A DNA stretch of 40,627 bases from Octopus bimaculoides. Its lineage: Eukaryota. Made by a program: the position numbers and the translations under genes. Location of the stretch: assembly GCF_001194135.2 (NCBI RefSeq), contig NC_068986.1, forward strand, positions 57,966,168-58,006,794, given 5' to 3'. Below are positions 37,948-40,627 of the stretch, in pieces. The notes under the pieces were generated by a model that was not told the DNA's origin, made no database searches, and worked only from the letters and a program-made list of their open reading frames with translations. Every line of letters starts with the position of its first letter. Position 1 is the stretch's first letter.

Positions 37948-38879
37948 AATACACACACTCATACATATATAGTCAGATCTATGTGGGTCAATTGAAAATA
38001 TAGGATCACAAATACTACAAATACCATATTAAAGAATATGCAAATGTTCTTAGATACACACACTTACACACACACATACACACATACATACATACACAAA
38101 CATATGTATACAAAAATGCACACACACACACACATACTGTATATATAAGTAAAAAGAGAAAGGAGAGAGAATAAGAGATATAAGGTGGAGTGTGTAGAGC
38201 GAGTACATGTAAAAATAGAAGAAACTGTTGTGTGACTGGGGAGCAGTATCTTGTTTTAAAACCAATGTGCTGTAAGTAAAGTAAAACATTATTTCAGTTC
38301 TTTTACTAAGGAAACGGATCATTGACGACTAATAAATATATAAATAAAAAATAAAAAGTACTACACCGACCAGACTTTATGAGAATCTTTGATCACATTA
38401 ATCACTTATTTTCCATTAATATATATNNNNNNNNNNNNNNNNNNNNNNNNNNNNNNNNNNNNNNNNNNNNNNNNNNNNNNNNNNNNNNNNNNNNNNNNNN
38501 NNNNNNNNNNNNNNNNNNNNNNNNNNNNNNNNNNNNNNNNNNNNNNNNNNNNNNNNNNNNNNNNNNNNNNNNNNNNNNNNNNNNNNNNNNNNNNNNNNNN
38601 NNNNNNNNNNNNNNNNNNNNNNNNNNNNNNNNNNNNNNNNNNNNNNNNNNNNNNNNNNNNNNNNNNNNNNNNNNNNNNNNNNNNNNNNNNNNNNNNNNNN
38701 NNNNNNNNNNNNNNNNNNNNNNNNNNNNNNNNNNNNNNNNNNNNNNNNNNNNNNNNNNNNNNNNNNNNNNNNNNNNNNNNNNNNNNNNNNNNNNNNNNNN
38801 NNNNNNNNNNNNNNNNNNNNNNNNNNNNNNNNNNNNNNNNNNNNNNNNNNNNNNNNNNNNNNNNNNNNNNNNNNNNNNN

Positions 38880-38953
<74 letters not shown>
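38880..38953. repeat. (TG)n following an N gap
   Basis: Direct reading. Confidence 0.9.
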
Positions 38954-38964
<11 letters not shown>

Positions 38965-39342
38965 ATATAATATTTTCAATAATGTTATGGATGCACTTGA
39001 GTCGGAAGGCCACTTTATAATGTGTTTGGTGTGTATGCGTGTAGAAGAGACATATTGAATGGAATTCGCTGGAAGATGAGTGTGTCATTAAGAACAAAAC
39101 CTAAATTATATGTTTATTTATTGTGTGATGCTATTTTTGAATAAGAACAAGCATATGTCTACTTTTCGATGGAAATACTATGGGTTGTTTCTTTGTTTAT
39201 CTTTTTTCTTCTTTTATTTTGTTTCTTGCAACTCCCCCACCATCCTTCCTAAAACGAACTTTTTGTAATAGAAACAGCAATAGTACGTGAATGTTACGTG
39301 TTTTGTCGGGTGACATGATTTTAAATATAGGCTAAATGTTGA

Positions 39343-39399
39343 CCACTACTACTACTATTACTACTACTACTACTACTACTACTACTTTACTACTACTAC
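39343..39399. repeat. (ACT)n microsatellite
   Basis: Direct reading. Confidence 0.9.
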
Positions 39400-39659
39400 A
39401 CTTCTGAGGTTGTGATGGATTCTCTCTCCTGTCACTCACCCTGGTAGAAGAAGCAACATGTCTCCCTCGAATAACATCCTGTCCATGTTAAAACTTAAAT
39501 GAGTTGTAATATGTTCAATAAAAGATACATCTTATCTGACGAAAAACAGCTTCTGTGGTTACAATGCTTGTGAAAATAAATCATCTTGTTCAGAGTTATC
39601 TGTGGTTAAACTCCCATTTTTATAGGTTAGTAAGAAAGACGGATAGCACCCGTCTGCAG

Positions 39660-39720
39660 AATGTCTACTCATAACGGATTTGTCCGACGCTCTCGTAACT
39701 AAGCCAATTCGCCACGCCAC
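39660..39720 (-). mobile_element. SINE head fragment
   Basis: tttgtccgacgctctc...gccaattcgcc resembles the reverse head of the other copies. Confidence 0.4.
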
Positions 39721-40314
39721 AAACAAAAAAGATAAGCCTTAGCAAAACTAGAAAAATTCAAATGCCTAATTTTCTAATTAATAGTGAACATGAGAAGAAA
39801 CTTGAAGAACAAAGTTACTTAGCACACCTAGCAGACTTTAAAAATTTAAATGCTTTCTTAAATGAAACAAGTTACCTATTCGGCTTACAGATGGACGGTC
39901 GTGGAATCCTAGTAATTTGTAATTAGCTGTTTGTTGGCTTGTCTTTTTGTTATAATCTTTAGTCATCAACAAAAGGAAAAGACAGGTAAAAGAAAAATAC
40001 AGTGTCACAAGACTTAATGCGGAAAAAAGAGCTTCAGAATACCAGGCATATTTGCTTAGCGAATTATTCCGATATACAGAAATAGTCTTGCTGAGTAAAA
40101 TAAATTAGAAGCAAACAGATAGATGAACGAAAAAAAAAAACCTTATGACTGTCTATAAATCAAAAGTAGAAATAAACGCAACGGTCAGCAATAAATTTAA
40201 GATAAGCAAATATAGTTCTTATGGGAGTGATGTTTGTTCGTTCGCTTATCCCTATACATATGTATATGTATGTACATAAATATATACGTGTATATATGTA
40301 TATATGTTTGTGTA

Positions 40315-40627
40315 TATCATCATCGTTTAACGTCCGCTTTCCATGCTAGCATGGGTTGGACGATTTGACTGAGGACTGGTGAAACCGGATGGCAACACCA
40401 GGCTCCAGTCTGATTTGGCAGAGTTTCTACAGCTGGATGCCCTTCCTAACGCCAACCACTCAGAGAGTGTAGTGGGTGCTTTTACGTGTCACCCGCACGA
40501 AAACGGCCACGCTCGAAATGGTGTCTTTTATGTGCCACCCGCACAAGCCAGTCCAGGGGCACTGGCAACGATCTCGCTCGAAAATCCTACAGGAGCCAGT
40601 CAGGCGGTACTGGCAACGGCCACGCTC
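40315..40627 (-). mobile_element. Well-preserved RTE-related SINE/LINE segment, cut by the window edge
   Basis: GC-rich. The reverse complement contains gttggcgttaggaagggcatccagctgtagaaac and ends in ggacgttaaacgatgatgat. It has internal short direct repeats (acggccacgctc). Confidence 0.6.

Noticed and set aside
39434-39445. Strong donor AGG|GTGAGT on the minus strand
   Set aside because: The upstream sequence does not encode the expected paired-box ...SVSSINR and forms no plausible exon.

Overview
AT-rich eukaryotic DNA dense in microsatellites, with four N gaps. The SINE families and repeat style point to an octopus or other coleoid cephalopod. The window lies inside one large minus-strand gene, which I identify as Pax2/5/8. 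The key evidence is an exon at 36863 that follows a strong acceptor and reads (R)IVRNRAAEKAK, the end of the Pax2/5/8 paired domain with its conserved phase-2 intron; this exon runs into an assembly gap. Four downstream exons join in frame by splice phase: 29 nt (17925-17897), 53 nt (17195-17143), 259/262 nt (11723/11720-11462) and 207 nt (420-214). The gene continues past both window edges. The introns hold a decayed HERO-like RLE non-LTR retrotransposon, a decayed mariner transposase and about 15 SINE fragments. The most notable items are splicing features: microexons missed by the ORF track, a NAGNAG acceptor, an RBFOX-motif cluster before a frame-symmetric exon, candidate poison exons and an inverted SINE pair. 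No canonical octapeptide or partial homeodomain is visible in the sequenced bases. There are no prokaryotic features, CRISPR arrays, rRNA genes or genuine tRNA genes. Family names come from pattern recognition, not database searches.
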